Positions 11,201 through 28,279 of a stretch of 64,000 bases of DNA are shown here, one piece after another; position 1 is the stretch's first letter, and each line of letters begins with the position of its first letter. The stretch comes from Balanoglossus misakiensis (Eukaryota; Animalia; Hemichordata). Below the pieces are notes generated by a model. That model saw only the letters and a program-made list of their open reading frames with translations. It was not told the DNA's origin and ran no database searches. The translations under genes were made by a program, and so were the position numbers. The stretch is from contig CM082583.2 of assembly GCA_040954595.2 (NCBI GenBank), forward strand, positions 12,996,987 to 13,060,986, written 5' to 3'.

Positions 11201-14200
11201 TTGAGGGAATAAAGAAGACAGCAACGTTAAGTGTTAACGAGGTTACAGAAATATGACAACAAATAATTGTTAGTCTGATTTGAAAGTATACAGCCGACTC
11301 TTTTGGCTAATGCATATGAATACACTTATACCATCATATTGAGAATGCTTACCTCAATCAAATCGAAAATGAAGGAACTTTTGAATAGCCAGTCGAGATT
11401 AATCTCTTCGTTTTCTAAAACATCCTGAAAATGGCATCAATACCAGATGTTATTAAGTCAACCTTATGGAATCTTTACCAACAGAAGTACGAGGATGTAA
11501 GGTCATGAAAATGGCACCGTTATTGACAAATGACTTTCCTCACTCACCGCCAGACAGCCTTTCCCGCAGTACTCTGAGATTAAAATACTCTTCTCAGGGG
11601 ACAGACATACCCCAATAAACCTGTTTAGATTGTCATGGTCAAGTCTTAGCATCTGGATGAAGATAAAATATAATAACACCAATAAACAATTTAAATCTTG
11701 TCGACTACAGGGGAGTCTTTTATTCTTTCATACACACAGAATATACATTTGTATATCCAGAAACATAATATTAATATCACCTTACCAGTTTCAGAGTGTC
11801 TTTGTCATCTTTTGGAAGGCTTCCATGCGCAGTAACCAATCTTTTCGCAATGCACAAAATTCCACGACACCATATCAGTTCCTGTCTGACAGGCACAGGC
11901 ACGTCAGAGGCCGTCGATGACGTTTTCGTGCTAAAGAATGAGAAGGTTGATTTGTAGTCCTGTAGATTGACCAACAAAGAGAAAGTTGGAATCAGTAAGT
12001 TTAGCTCTTTGACTACTTCGAAGCAAATGCACGATCATTAAACAAACTAATCATTCCTTACCTCATCATCCCGCCGTCTGAAAGGCTTTAGTTCGGCTGG
12101 CGCGATCAACCAAACCAAACCGTCACCTTCCCTTTTATCTTTGATACGACGGCTGAAATAAGCAAACATAATGTGACAAAATCTTACAGCAAGGCACACA
12201 GAGTATAGAAAAAAGAATCAAACCGAACCAATCAGATGTCGAACATTCCTCTCTATCATGTCGTTACATTTTGTACTTCACTCACCATTGAAGGTAGATG
12301 GCAACCGATCCAGCAACCAATGCAACAGCCGCAAATGAACATACACACACCAGGATAATGTAAACATCTGGAAAATCAGAAAAGATGACAAATAACCAAC
12401 AACATACAAAGTGCCGCATTTCAATTTGAAAGTCCCTCGATTTTGTCTCTCCCTCCCATTGCATTTATGCAATCCGCCTTACCACATAATCTTATATTGA
12501 AAGTCCCAAGGAAACGTAATGTTTACCTGAATTTCTACATGATTGAAGGAAGCCACAGGCAGGACGATCAGATGGCGGCGTTAGTAATCCACCCTTCGCC
12601 CATATGGGTTGAAGGATAGAGTTGAATATCTGTGTGTAAAAAGTGAAGTGTTGTTTTAAGTAATGTCTGTCAATCAGGTCGCGAATGATTTAAATGAGCT
12701 TCGTCACATTGACCTTTAAAACAAGGACATGTTGCACATCCCGTGCTGAATCGCCTACAGCCGTTTTATATTAACTATTGAATACATTTATGGAAGTATA
12801 TACCTACCCTTCCAGATCCGATATTTGTTATATCTGCGCAAATCTCCATAAAGCCCGACGGACGCAAATCAAATATCAAATATTCGGGTTCCCGATCGCC
12901 GTTTTCGTCCATTACAACAGACCCTGACATTCCTTCAGAAATTTGAAAAACAAATGTCAGTAACATTATCGAGCATCGCGCATGGATTTAGTATCTTAAC
13001 ATTCCTAACACACCATGTGGAATATGGTAAAATCACCTGTCTATCTGTCCACACTGGGACAATGGTTCGACAGAGAACAAAGGTGTGTGATAGAAGGTAC
13101 TATACCTTCAAACGTGAGTCCCTTCACATTCTCAAACCAAGCCTCCCCATCAGTCAGAGAGTTTCCTTCACTCAGACTCTTGTTCAGTGCAATGGCGTAC
13201 AGGATAACGGCATCGTGGAGCCATGGTGAATAGAGATTGCCCTGTATAATTAACATAATTACAAATAAGTACTTTTTTAATATCATTATACCGTAGTTAT
13301 ATAAAACCAAGAAAATTAGTCCTTGGTGGTTTCCCCAGACGTTTCAGAGTTCCTTCAGTAGTTCCTTTTAGTAGAGTGTGCTATATAGTTCTCAGAACTT
13401 CTCTGATCTAACTACCTTTGATCCAGGTGGCAGTGTATGGTTGAATGGTGGTTCTGCCATCTTTACTGGTATCAGATTACGGAATGTATCGATTTCTTCA
13501 TTGCTCACTGTTTTGACCGTAATCTGAAGAATGAAAAATTGTGAATATAGAAATGTCTCATACTATTTATTACAGCTTGGTGTGCACAGTGATTATGACG
13601 TTCACTCAGCAGATGCCTTCCCAACATACAGTACATTTGTATAAACAGTTGTGTTGTATTGTAATTAAAGGCAATTGACGCGAACTTACAGCAAGAACTG
13701 TTTCATATGCGGTGTAGGCATCAACGTTACGGCCATCCATCCCCTCCCAGGGCTTGTCCGTCTCGAAAATGTCTGAAAACAGTCTGTTTAAACTGAAGAA
13801 GACATAATCTCCATCGACCATTCCATGATCGTATGCTGCCAGCATAAATTGGCGTTCTTCCAATAGGTTTTTGTTGCAGATAATGACAACTGTTGAATGA
13901 AAGTCAATGTTAGCACGCATTTTTAAATGCACACATGCATGCGCATGCACATACAAATGTATATCAACACAAACCTATGGCACCAACCAACCATAGAGTG
14001 ATCAGTGTATATTGTTTTAGTACTTACTTCTTGCTCTTTGTTTTATTCTGAGCATAGTAGTTTCTAGTTGTCCTTGTAGGTTATGGGTGTCGTCAAGTGT
14101 CACATGTTCGCCGACCGTAATATTGTTTTCTCGGAATGATGTCAAGAGCGCTTTGGCAGCAAACCCACAGACGTCGCGGTTGTCGGATGCAACTATCGCA

Positions 14201-16510
14201 GCGAGTGTCCAGCTGTATTGTTTAAATATCTATGCAGAAAATACATTGGAATAATTGTTTTCTCAGAAGAGTGTGCAATATGTTTCTGCATGTCAGGGCT
14301 ATGTTCATCCAGTGAGCAGACAGGAACTCTATACAACTGAAAACCTTATACAACTGAACTGGGGTTACACGCAGAGAACACTGAGATTGAATGCGTCCTT
14401 GACTTTTACGTGACTCAGGGTTCGTGCAAAAGAAAAAAACATACAACTAACTATGAAATGCAGTAGCGTAATTGTTAAATGAAAAAAAGATCTCATTAAT
14501 TAATGTTATCATTGACCATTTCATTGCTCTACAACCTGCTGCGTGATCTCCAAGGCTTGACCCTGCGTGATATTAATGCTTTCATGACGCCTGTTGGTTT
14601 CCATAAATTACAACAACCCTTTCCAGTTATGCGCAGCTGGCGGCCACATTTATGGCTGCAACCCCTGCTGAACTATTCAAAGTCTGAACTCACGACTTGA
14701 CAAACGCTCCAAGTTCACTATGAACTGAGGTCACCAAAGTATAATGCATATTCGGAAGGTTTTTCATGCATAAACATTCGCCTTTACAAGCCAATTGTTA
14801 CCACCGGATTTCCATTGAAATTAAAGTTCTGCTTCAATTTTTATACAGTTTGGGATGTGGTCAATACACACGAAGTTTTGTGCTCTTGTAGAAGGAATTT
14901 TTGGAAACATGGCGACTAAGACTATTGTGATCAATTGTAAATATTAACTCATAGTAAAAGTTGGCATGCAATAATAATGTACACGTTGTAATATTACCTC
15001 GACGGCGGCTTTTCCAACCTTATTTAAAGGTCCCATTACTCGAGCCATGGTTGTGAAAATAGACTTATCTGCCAGTGTCGGGTCACGTGACACCCAAGCA
15101 ACAAATGGCAAGTTCCAGTACGAGGCAAGTCGGCCAGCGGGAACAGCAACTGTTGACAAGAAGTGCCAATGAAATTCGATTAAAATCAGAGAATTGACTG
15201 TCTAAAATTTAATGCTCAATAAATACGCAGTATCTATTTCTGTACACAAGAACCAAGCCTATTCCAAGACCAATAATTGCATGGATATATGTTAAGAATC
15301 CTTCATGCTATTTCTAAAGTACATACCGAGTGAACAAGGAGCACCAATGAACATGTCGACGTGTTCTTCGTAGCGAAGGTCTACAGTCATTCCAGTCCCA
15401 ATTCTCGGGTTGCAATTTGCCATCACCCATACAACACTAGGACATAAAAAATAAGTCTCTTTCATTTTTACTGTCTGTACAATGTTTACAAAGGTATGAA
15501 ATCTGAAGCTTTCGCGTGTGAATTTTTTATGCCTTTTCTTGTCCGTCTTTGTACCGATTGTGGTTTACGGGCAGATCGCATACAGAGAGAAGTATACAGA
15601 GAAATCTATACTCGCTACTGATTGTGTTGTGAATGTGGCAGTAGGGGGTTCTGGGATATCCAAGTCAAGATGTTTACTTCTTTGAATTCGTAACAACTCC
15701 TCAGCACGATCACATATACTCAAAGAATTTAAATGCTTGGACGACTATTCTTTTTCTGCATATCTATCCCTGAGGCGCATAACAACTACTGTAATCCGAT
15801 AATATTAACGCGTTCATGTAGCCAATGTTATTTTCTGTATACTGGTTGCAGAAATTTCAGTATCATAATTCACTATGCTTTGCAGCAATATCAGTGTTAT
15901 TTGGCTCTACTTTATAGTCGGGATATTATTCGGTCGATGTGTTGCGACCTTCACAAGATTGTGTACGGATACCGATTAACGATACTATCACATCACTTGG
16001 ACATTGCAATTATGAAAGCAAACTTCAATTTAAAACACTCATAATTAATTACAAGCTAAAAACCTTAACGCATGTGTATAGGCTGTACATGTGACTATAT
16101 GTTAATACAATGTATTGTGTTGAGTCAAAAAATGAAGAAATATGATATTAACACAAACGACAGAAAATTAAGGAATGAACTGGCTTTCAGGTAAATATGT
16201 ACATGTCTCCATCGATTTTCTGCACTCTCTTTAAACTCTTCAAAACTATACATTATAGAATTACAGTAGCCTGAACAAACCTGAACGTATGACCATTTAG
16301 AAGAGTTGGATCAGCTTCTACTTTCTCAAGTGCAATGGTTGTGGCACTGGCGCCAGTTTCCCAGGCAAAAGACTGTTCAAACTCCGGTCCAGTGGGCACG
16401 ATAAGCCCCATCTTAATATGTTCACCCTGGACTGACGGCAAACGAATGACAATCAGGGAGGCACACGCCAGAAAAAGACAGACTACGAACATTTTTATGC
16501 ACATCTTCAT
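8234..16510 (-). CDS. Receptor (transmembrane) guanylyl cyclase, natriuretic-peptide-receptor-like, ~24 exons
   Basis: Signal peptide exon (16510-~16281). ANF-receptor ectodomain ([34 protein letters not shown]). TM segment at ~12290-12365. Kinase-homology domain ([32 protein letters not shown]). Dimerisation helix ([16 protein letters not shown]...LLYRMLP). Cyclase domain ([36 protein letters not shown]). Last exon 8404-8234. Confidence 0.93.
8635..8660. repeat. (CATA)n intronic microsatellite
   Basis: acatacatacatacatacatacatac is seen directly. Confidence 0.9.
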
Positions 16511-18007
16511 CGCACGCGAATGATATGACTTGTGCCTTTTAGCAGTCAACTGCTAAGAATCCCAGTGTATGAGTATCAAATAGCATATCACGTGACGGAT
16601 GTTCCCCGGCGTTAACTCACGAATCAATAGAATGACGCCACAGAAATGAACCAGTAGAAGACTAATGTAATCGTGCAGGCTGAAACGCACACAAGCAATA
16701 AAGACAAAGTAGCGTATTTCAATATCTAAATCCTTACTCTGATGGTGAATGTAGAGATGTTTGGCTGTGAAGCAACAATTACGGTGCAAACTCATCCAAA
16801 TGATCATATCATCTTTTTAAACGTTTGAAATGATAAAACCTCATTTTACATTGAATAGGCATTCACCAAAGCGTTACTGATTAAATGATCGATGTATGTT
16901 ATCACCATAGTATACTATATGCTATGTGTGTGCTGCATTGAATGTCTTGCGATGCCCTTAAGGTAGAGCCTGTGCGATTCGTGACAAACATAATCTAACC
17001 GCATATTTCTTGGTCAAATAACTTACACTTATGCTATATATCGATGGAAAGTTCTTTCTGTGAATGTATAATTATTGCACCATTAAAAATGCAGGGAATG
17101 AAGTCTTTATTTGTTTCACGCACAATTGACTTAAAGTGTCACTCACACAACCCATGATCGGTTTTACCAAAAACTGCCCAAAACTTGATTGTATACACGA
17201 ACATGCAGTTTTGGGTAAACAATATTTTAACGGCACTCAATGTCATCATCGACGTGTTATCACATTCAACGATCATGAAAAGATAAAAATGTGAAAATTT
17301 GAATGAAAAGCATATAGCAACCACATACTTTCGAAGATTTTGACGTTCTGATTCATCTACTGGGAAACAATAATACATTCTCCATCAAGAAAGGCTTACG
17401 GCTTCCAAAGGCTACACTGTGATTGCGAGCAGTCTATTGACAATTGCAATCTCGTTTCTTTTGAAATATTTCACGCGTGTATGAATGGCGGCCGTCTTAT
17501 CGTATGAAGAAAACGTGCTTTGTAAATAAATATTTTTTATCCGCAAGATAAGACTCAAGGTTTTACATATAGCACCATTGTTTGATAAAGATATAGTAAC
17601 AAAGACACGAGAAAACAAAAACGCCACATTACTCCTACACTAAATGAGATAAACATCCCCAAAGAGAAACGTGACTAACAGGGAATTCCATTTTAGCGTC
17701 TCACAGCCGTGTTTTACCAGTAACAAAGTCTTCATAACTGAAGTCCTTCACATTGCCGATATTTTTTTTATCAAAATGGAAAACATGCCCCCAAATACAA
17801 GATTTTCATTTTCACAATAATTTTGATATATTATAAGAATTTCCCTAGGAAACTGCAAACCCAGGTGTCAATCAGCACTTAGAGAACGAGAGAGACTGAT
17901 CTGCCAGGGACATACAGCGGAAAACAGTAGTAAGAAGCCAGACAAGTGCGCGAGGGCGCTCATATGAACATGAGGGCGCAATTCTACAGGTATCGTAAAA
18001 ATTCAAA

Positions 18008-21869
<3,862 letters not shown>

Positions 21870-24800
21870 CAGACTTTGACTGTAGTGGTGTCCTAGACAT
21901 CAAAAACCAGCACCATCTCAACAAACCAATCAGCCGCAGCAGATTCGTTGTCCTGGATCTTTGCCGTCCAATCCCATTGGCCGTAACAAAAGAGTGTATT
22001 TTTTTCGTTTGGAATCCAGCAGACTCTGTATCAGAGATGGACAGGGATTGGACGACCGTTACAAACAGCTGGACCGCAGAAAGGATAATAATTTTATATT
22101 TGCCTTCCAGTATCCCAGTGTAGAATGAACAAAGCAAAAAAAAAATATTGAAAGTTCAAATTTATGAGTTTGGTTTGGGTTGAGTGCCACCTGTGTACAA
22201 AATGCAGTCTTAGTACTGGGCCCGGAGTAGTTTGCTCTGAAATGAAATGCACTTCTCTCAGAGACTGGGTTGGTGTGTAAGTCTTGTCTTTTTACATGCA
22301 GGCCTTCTGCAGTTCAGTCATCTCTTACTGTCTCAAGTCGTGTCAGGTGAACCAGAGTGGAAAGGGAAATAGATCAATGAAGCTGGCCGAGAAAGTTATT
22401 TGTGAAATATAAGTACTGTCGGTTAGCTTCCTACATCCAGATCAAATCAATTTGCAGCAAGAGTGTGCTTTTAGTGAATGGTCATTATAAAAATCCCCTG
22501 AAGAAAACTGCGGAAGATATTTTCCGCAAATAGAAACATGAAACAGATTGTGTATATATCGAGATATCGAAATCTGTGGCCAGGACAAGACAGAAAGAGA
22601 TGATGGAGAATGCCAAATTCTATGTATAAGTTGCCATGTATGTACAGTCCTGTAATTTGTGTGAATCACACAGTCGTTTGCCAAGTACCTATTTTCCTGA
22701 CCCACTGCTTGATGTTAGCCGTGTTTTCATTTGTCTTTACTTTGCATGTGTTGGCGAGCGAGAGTAATCACCATTGAATTTTACTATGTACAGTTGTTTA
22801 ATTGCTATGGTAAGCTCCAACACAGTTACATCAGTCAGCTCTATCTTTCCTCTCGTCTGTTCATCAAACTCAACATTTTTTAAACAAACCTATAGTCACA
22901 TGTGCAGCTTAAAACATGACGTCTGCAACGTGAAATCTGTGGACTGAAATCCGTGCATGCTGCTCGTTCAAAGTGACCCCTACACAGAATCCACTGTTGG
23001 GGGAGGAAAAACACAATGTTGTACTGCAGTGCCTTGAGAAAGAACGCCATGTTTGATTGCCTGGATGAAGTTGAACGCCTGTTCAGTGGTGACCAGCTGT
23101 AGATACATCAAACTCTTGTTGACCCCATCATGTTGAAACATACACGTATGCTCCACATTCAGATTGTAGCGTTTGTCTGATGCGAAAGATGTTCCATTGT
23201 CTGTTTTCGTTATATATTTTCTTTTTTGTTGTCTGTGTTTTTCACACTTCAAAAGCGTCTTCAAAGTACAGAATGTGACATGTCTCTGGATGACAGTGCT
23301 TCTTACATGTACATACATACATGCCAGTGAGGTGCTTGCGACTTGAAATCTCCAAGTAAATGAAATAATTTGCTAACACACACTCTATGCATGTTTTACA
23401 TAATGTAAAAAATTACAGGACACTGCAATATTACAGTGGCATAGCGTTTATGTGTTATTACAGGAAGGATGAATTTGTGTATTGTACAAAGAAATCAGAA
23501 ATTTGTATTTTTTTTTGGCCCAGCTCTGAACAATAATCTTCAAAGCTTGTCGTTGGTTGGTTCAAGTTTTTGACTATTTCCTTTTTACTAAAGACTTGTT
23601 TTAGCTGTCCCAGCTGTGCTTTCCAATAAAATGTAGTTATTTGTAATGATCATGTTTGCTGAAGTCAGTGCGTTGATTTGAAGTTGACCCTTTTTTGATA
23701 TCAGTGATTTGAGTGAGGTACGCCAGCTGTGATCAACCCTGAGATTTAACTTGAGGGATTTAATCAGACACACAATATGAATGAGTTTGTATTTTATTTA
23801 CAATCAACAAATCATTTCTAAAATAAGGCTAGCAGCATATTCCTTCATACTGTCAATGGATGACAGAAATCCTTACATTACAAGCCATAAAGGCCATGCC
23901 CTCTACTCCAGAAAATCTAGACAAATTTAATGCTACTATTTAAAGGGACAAAATCGTTCTCTGGTCAACTGTATTTAACCTCCACTCTGCATCTAGACAG
24001 ATTAGATTAAACATTTGATGAGGTAAAACAGAGCAACTTTGTCCCTTTTAATAAATCCATTTCTAACTGCTACTGTAGGAACCAAGATAATACTTCTTGC
24101 CAATCAGATTTGTAACATTTTGGTTAATCACAAGATTACAACATATTTCTTGAGTTGTTCATTTAGTGTTGAAACCTCCACAGACTGTTCAGGTTTAGAA
24201 TGCTATACTACAGGATGAAAAATATTAGTACTCTGCAATGAGACCCCACCTTCCTGCCAATCAAATCTTGGACAAAGCCTCAATCTCCCATCATGTCATG
24301 GGCAATCTATCCAGTTTCTTGTACTCTTTGCATCAATAAACTTTATTTCGACATGGCAGTGAAAGTTCTATAAACTGTAAAAGAAAGGGTACCTGAATGT
24401 ACAATTGTAAAAGTTTAAAATATCCTACTGATACCATATGGGTTACATGAAAATCTATCAGTAAAGGGCAGGGTAAATATTACATGTATAAATGCGATTA
24501 CAAGCAATATTTGATAAAAGGCTAATGGTCATGAAAAAGCTTATTCTGTCCGCTATGCTCTAGCAATATAACAAAAGAGGGAAACTATGCAAATTGTTTT
24601 CATTAAATATAAAAAAAAATGACGATGACACTAAATACGACACAGGTCAAAATGCTATTTGAGGCTACAAAAACTATACACTGTACACAAGGAATTCAAA
24701 TGCTAAAGAGACAGCACTACCAGAAAATGAAAGTCTACAAACAATGATATAGCGGAATTTTCTGCAATAAAATGATGACACTAGTTTGTCAACATGATCA

Positions 24801-25799
24801 CTTCTTGGTGGGGATCGCAGAAAAGATTGATCAAATTCAAGTGTTAAGCCTAAAATTTGCAGCCACAATGATTATCTAGACAATAACATTCATTTTAAAG
24901 GTAACCGAGAAAGATAGTTGACATAAAATGTTGTTTTGAATCAGCTGGTGGAAATTTCACAGTAATTATCTTGAAACAAGTCATTTAGAGTAATCCTAGG
25001 TTACTATGGAAGCACTGTGGATAACTTTCAAAATTGTATACTACATTATTTTAAGATTCAATCTGATACAATAAATGTTGATTTCCTATTTACATAATTA
25101 GATCCTAATTTTTCACACAATAAAGCACTGATTCATGAGTATGTTCTCTCGATTAACATCATCCTAAAAACCGAAGGAAAAAAATGTAAATTGATTTTAA
25201 TAACAGAGTTATTAACATGATTGCACAGAGTTTCTGTATAGCTTCGTTAAAATTTTATTCACCTTTTTCAAACAAATGCAAGGACCTCTTACTGATAAGA
25301 AACAGAAATTTGACAATTATTTGGCAACTTGAAATCAATTCATGAAAAATGAGTTTTACATCGAGCTAAATCTGATTCGTTGGAGGTTTCTCAAACCCTT
25401 CCTCTGTTCTAGGTTCTCATTGGCATTTCCACTTTGCGTTAGACAAGCAAGGAACACTACCAACACCTACCATTTCTGTATCCACAAGCCTAGTAATTTC
25501 TACCCACTTATCTACCAGTGATGATGTTGTAAATATATGCCTTTGGACAATTTTCATGTGGATGAATTGCACACAACTTTCTGGAAGCACAGTGTTTATT
25601 TCAGACGTTGAAATATCCTGTTTTGCTTACGGTTTATCAAGACGAGGCTGAATCTAGTCACTTACAGGAATGTAAAGATAGCCACAGGAATTATGGCAAG
25701 CGGCAGACTTTACAGTGGATCTACGCTGAATATCACAGAAAAGTCTTCTCATGGAGTTGTAATTACATCAGCAGACCACAGCACCCATCACACAAGGAG

Positions 25800-25885
25800 A
25801 TGACATCATCACAATGTGGGTAAATGACATCATCACAATGTGGGTAAATGACATCATCACAATGTGGGTAGATGACGACATCACA
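25800..25885. repeat. 24-bp tandem repeat (3 copies plus a partial) in the FAM219A 3' UTR
   Basis: Unit ATGACATCATCACAATGTGGGTAA at 25800, 25824 and 25848 (third copy ends GTAG), with a partial copy at 25872. No spacers. Confidence 0.95.
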
Positions 25886-25917
25886 GACACAGAATCCAAG
25901 GCAAGAGCAACCGACTA

Positions 25918-27838
25918 TCATTGTATTGTACATATTGAATTATGCATTTGACAGCACACACAACGGTCAGAGTAGAGCTTCGGGGGTATTAAGTCTAAAT
26001 CCTCGTCATCTGGAAGTTCATCAAGGCGGTATCCATCCTTCAAAAGCTGTTGATTTAAATCTATGTTTATCTGAAACAAAAGAATAATCAAGAGATTGAC
26101 AACTTAAAAAAGATCATGGATTTAATAACTACAATAACTACAACATCCATGTTGACTAGAAGACTGTGAGTGAGAGGAGTTAAATAACTCACCTGGGAAG
26201 GTAACTTGGAGATATCAAACTCCTCTTCACTGCAGAGAAAAAAAAAACACGGATACAATTTATTAATTGACTCTTTAGATCGCCTGTGTCAACTATTTCC
26301 AGGGTACCTGCTCAACTTGCAATCAATTTTGAGACAAGAGTTATTTTTAAATGTTGGCAACATATGTTTCTTTGTATACTGACTGCTGCTCTCCTTTTGT
26401 AATAAACATACCCACATGGGACAGATTGTGTCTGCTTTCCAAATATATAGAACGTATAGATTAATCAGTATCGGGAATAGTCTTCATCTGATTCACTAGT
26501 CTGATTGACAGATGTATTTTATACACACAGTGTTGTGTCAGGGAATAACTATGAGAATGGCCTATGAAACACTTGACATCAATCACTCTGGTAATTATTT
26601 TTTTGAAGTATTCAGACAAAATAGGTCACCAATTATGGCAAAAATAGGTCACCAATTAAGGCATTTGTCAATACTGAAACCTTGAAAGCATAAAATATGA
26701 TGACACCATTTGGTGATATCAAGGAATCAATTTAAAATCATCCATTACAGAATGTCATTTACTTGAAATACAAATAACATCAACCAGTAACCTTACCTAT
26801 CACTATCGAGTGCGACTAATGGTTTTTCATCTGGTCTGAGAGCAGACGTCCTGCTTGGAGGTACCGCAAGTCTGTTTCTGGACATCATAGCTGTCTTCTT
26901 TGGTTGCTGGTCGATAATTAAACTATTCTTTGGATGTGCCTTTTTGTGAAATTCTCGCTGTTTTTCTGCGGGAAGTCAAAATGTAGTAGTACAATTACAG
27001 ATCCACCCAGAAAGATACAAGGCAGGCTTTGTATATAGTTTTCTATGCTACCATTAACAATTTGTAGAAAATGGACCCGTGGGGGAGGAGGGGGCGGAAT
27101 TATAAAACTCATAGACTGACAAGACATAAATCATAAGTGTTTCTCAACATCAGCTAGTAGGAATGACACTTGCTTTTGTGGGCAAGTTTGAGGATATGAG
27201 ATTCTACAGATATTAAATTTTTTTTACTGCCATACTGTCTGAGATAGATGGACCATAAATAAAACCATTAGAAATAGGATGGTTTCCTTACCTATTTTCT
27301 GCTGTAACTGTGATGGCTTTCTTACAGAGTTAAGTGGTTTGTAGCCGTTGCTTGTTTCAATGCTTCCATTTTGTTTCCCTACCTGGATTGTTTGAAATGG
27401 AAAGTGCCATTTATTCAGTAAATGGTAATACATGGAAGAACTATGTTTTTAATTATGAATTATTAAAATGAATCCATACATGATACAGCTTATATTATCA
27501 ATGATTTTAAATACCACTCTAACTTTTGTTGTGAGGTGAATGCATAGTCAACTTTATCATAACACCATTCTACATGACTCAATATACAACCGAGATAAAA
27601 GTAGAGTAAACGGACAAATGTCTGATTCCTGCTGCGTGATACGTACATGTACTGCTGTGTATATTGCACAACATACCCGGCCCAGCTACAATCGTTCGTC
27701 GCTGATACATTTCACACACCCACAGCTGAGACCCCACGATTTTGTATTTCACATGATCCTACATGACTTTTCATCTATTCTTACCGTATTGTGAACATGA
27801 CCATTTGTAACTTCTAACACACCATCTGTTTCAGCCAT
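25918..27838 (-). CDS. FAM219A: FAM219A homolog, 5 small exons, C-terminal CaaX (CTIQ)
   Basis: Exons 27838-27785, 27382-27292, ~26965-26797, ~26229-26193 and 26070-25918 splice in frame. They give ...RKPSQLQQKIEKQRE...DQQPKK...RNRLAVP...PDEKPLVALDSDSEEEFDIS...QINIDLNQQLLKDGYRLDELPDDEDLDLIPPK...CVCCQ...CTIQ*, matching recalled FAM219A motifs (DEKPLVALD, LLKDGYRLDEIPDDEDLDLIPPK). Confidence 0.95.
26618..26663. repeat. 23-bp direct tandem duplication in a FAM219A intron
   Basis: aaaataggtcaccaattatggca followed by aaaataggtcaccaattaaggca. Confidence 0.85.
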
Positions 27839-28279
27839 TCTATTGTAATAAATGCAGTAAAAACGTCCACGCAACTACGGTCAATTCATTTTGCCATTGA
27901 TGTCTACTGATTTCCTGTTGCTTTGGATTGTGGGTAAGTGGTCAAAGGTCGCATTTGCCTCCGCCCAAAGTTGTAATTTCTCAGCCTTTATGAAATATTG
28001 TGCAAGTCATAAGGTATCTTAATTTGTTTCTTACAAATTCAAGTTGTAAACTGTTTTTATTTAGAATAAGATTAGAGCTTCTGTGCATCGCAATGAATTA
28101 AATAATATTTCAATAATTATATGTTGTAGTGAGGCTGCTGGCAACGGACAGAATTGCGCAGGCGTGGTATCCCTAACAACAAACTACGCCGAGCGACGGG
28201 TTCAAACTCAACTTTGCGGCGGTTTATCGAAAATTCCAATAAATCGCATTGACTGTTTAGAAATTTTAACAAAGAGAAG
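27839..28279. promoter_or_regulatory. Bidirectional promoter region for FAM219A/DNAI1 with an X-box-like (RFX) motif
   Basis: The two ATGs are ~440 bp apart and divergent. GTATCCCTAACAAC at 28167-28180 resembles the RFX X-box. The segment is locally CpG-richer. Confidence 0.55.

Noticed and set aside
25800-25885. 24-bp repeats as a possible CRISPR array or box C/D snoRNA
   Set aside because: The copies abut with no spacers, the context is eukaryotic with no cas genes, and the GTGATGA words lack a matching D box or terminal stem.
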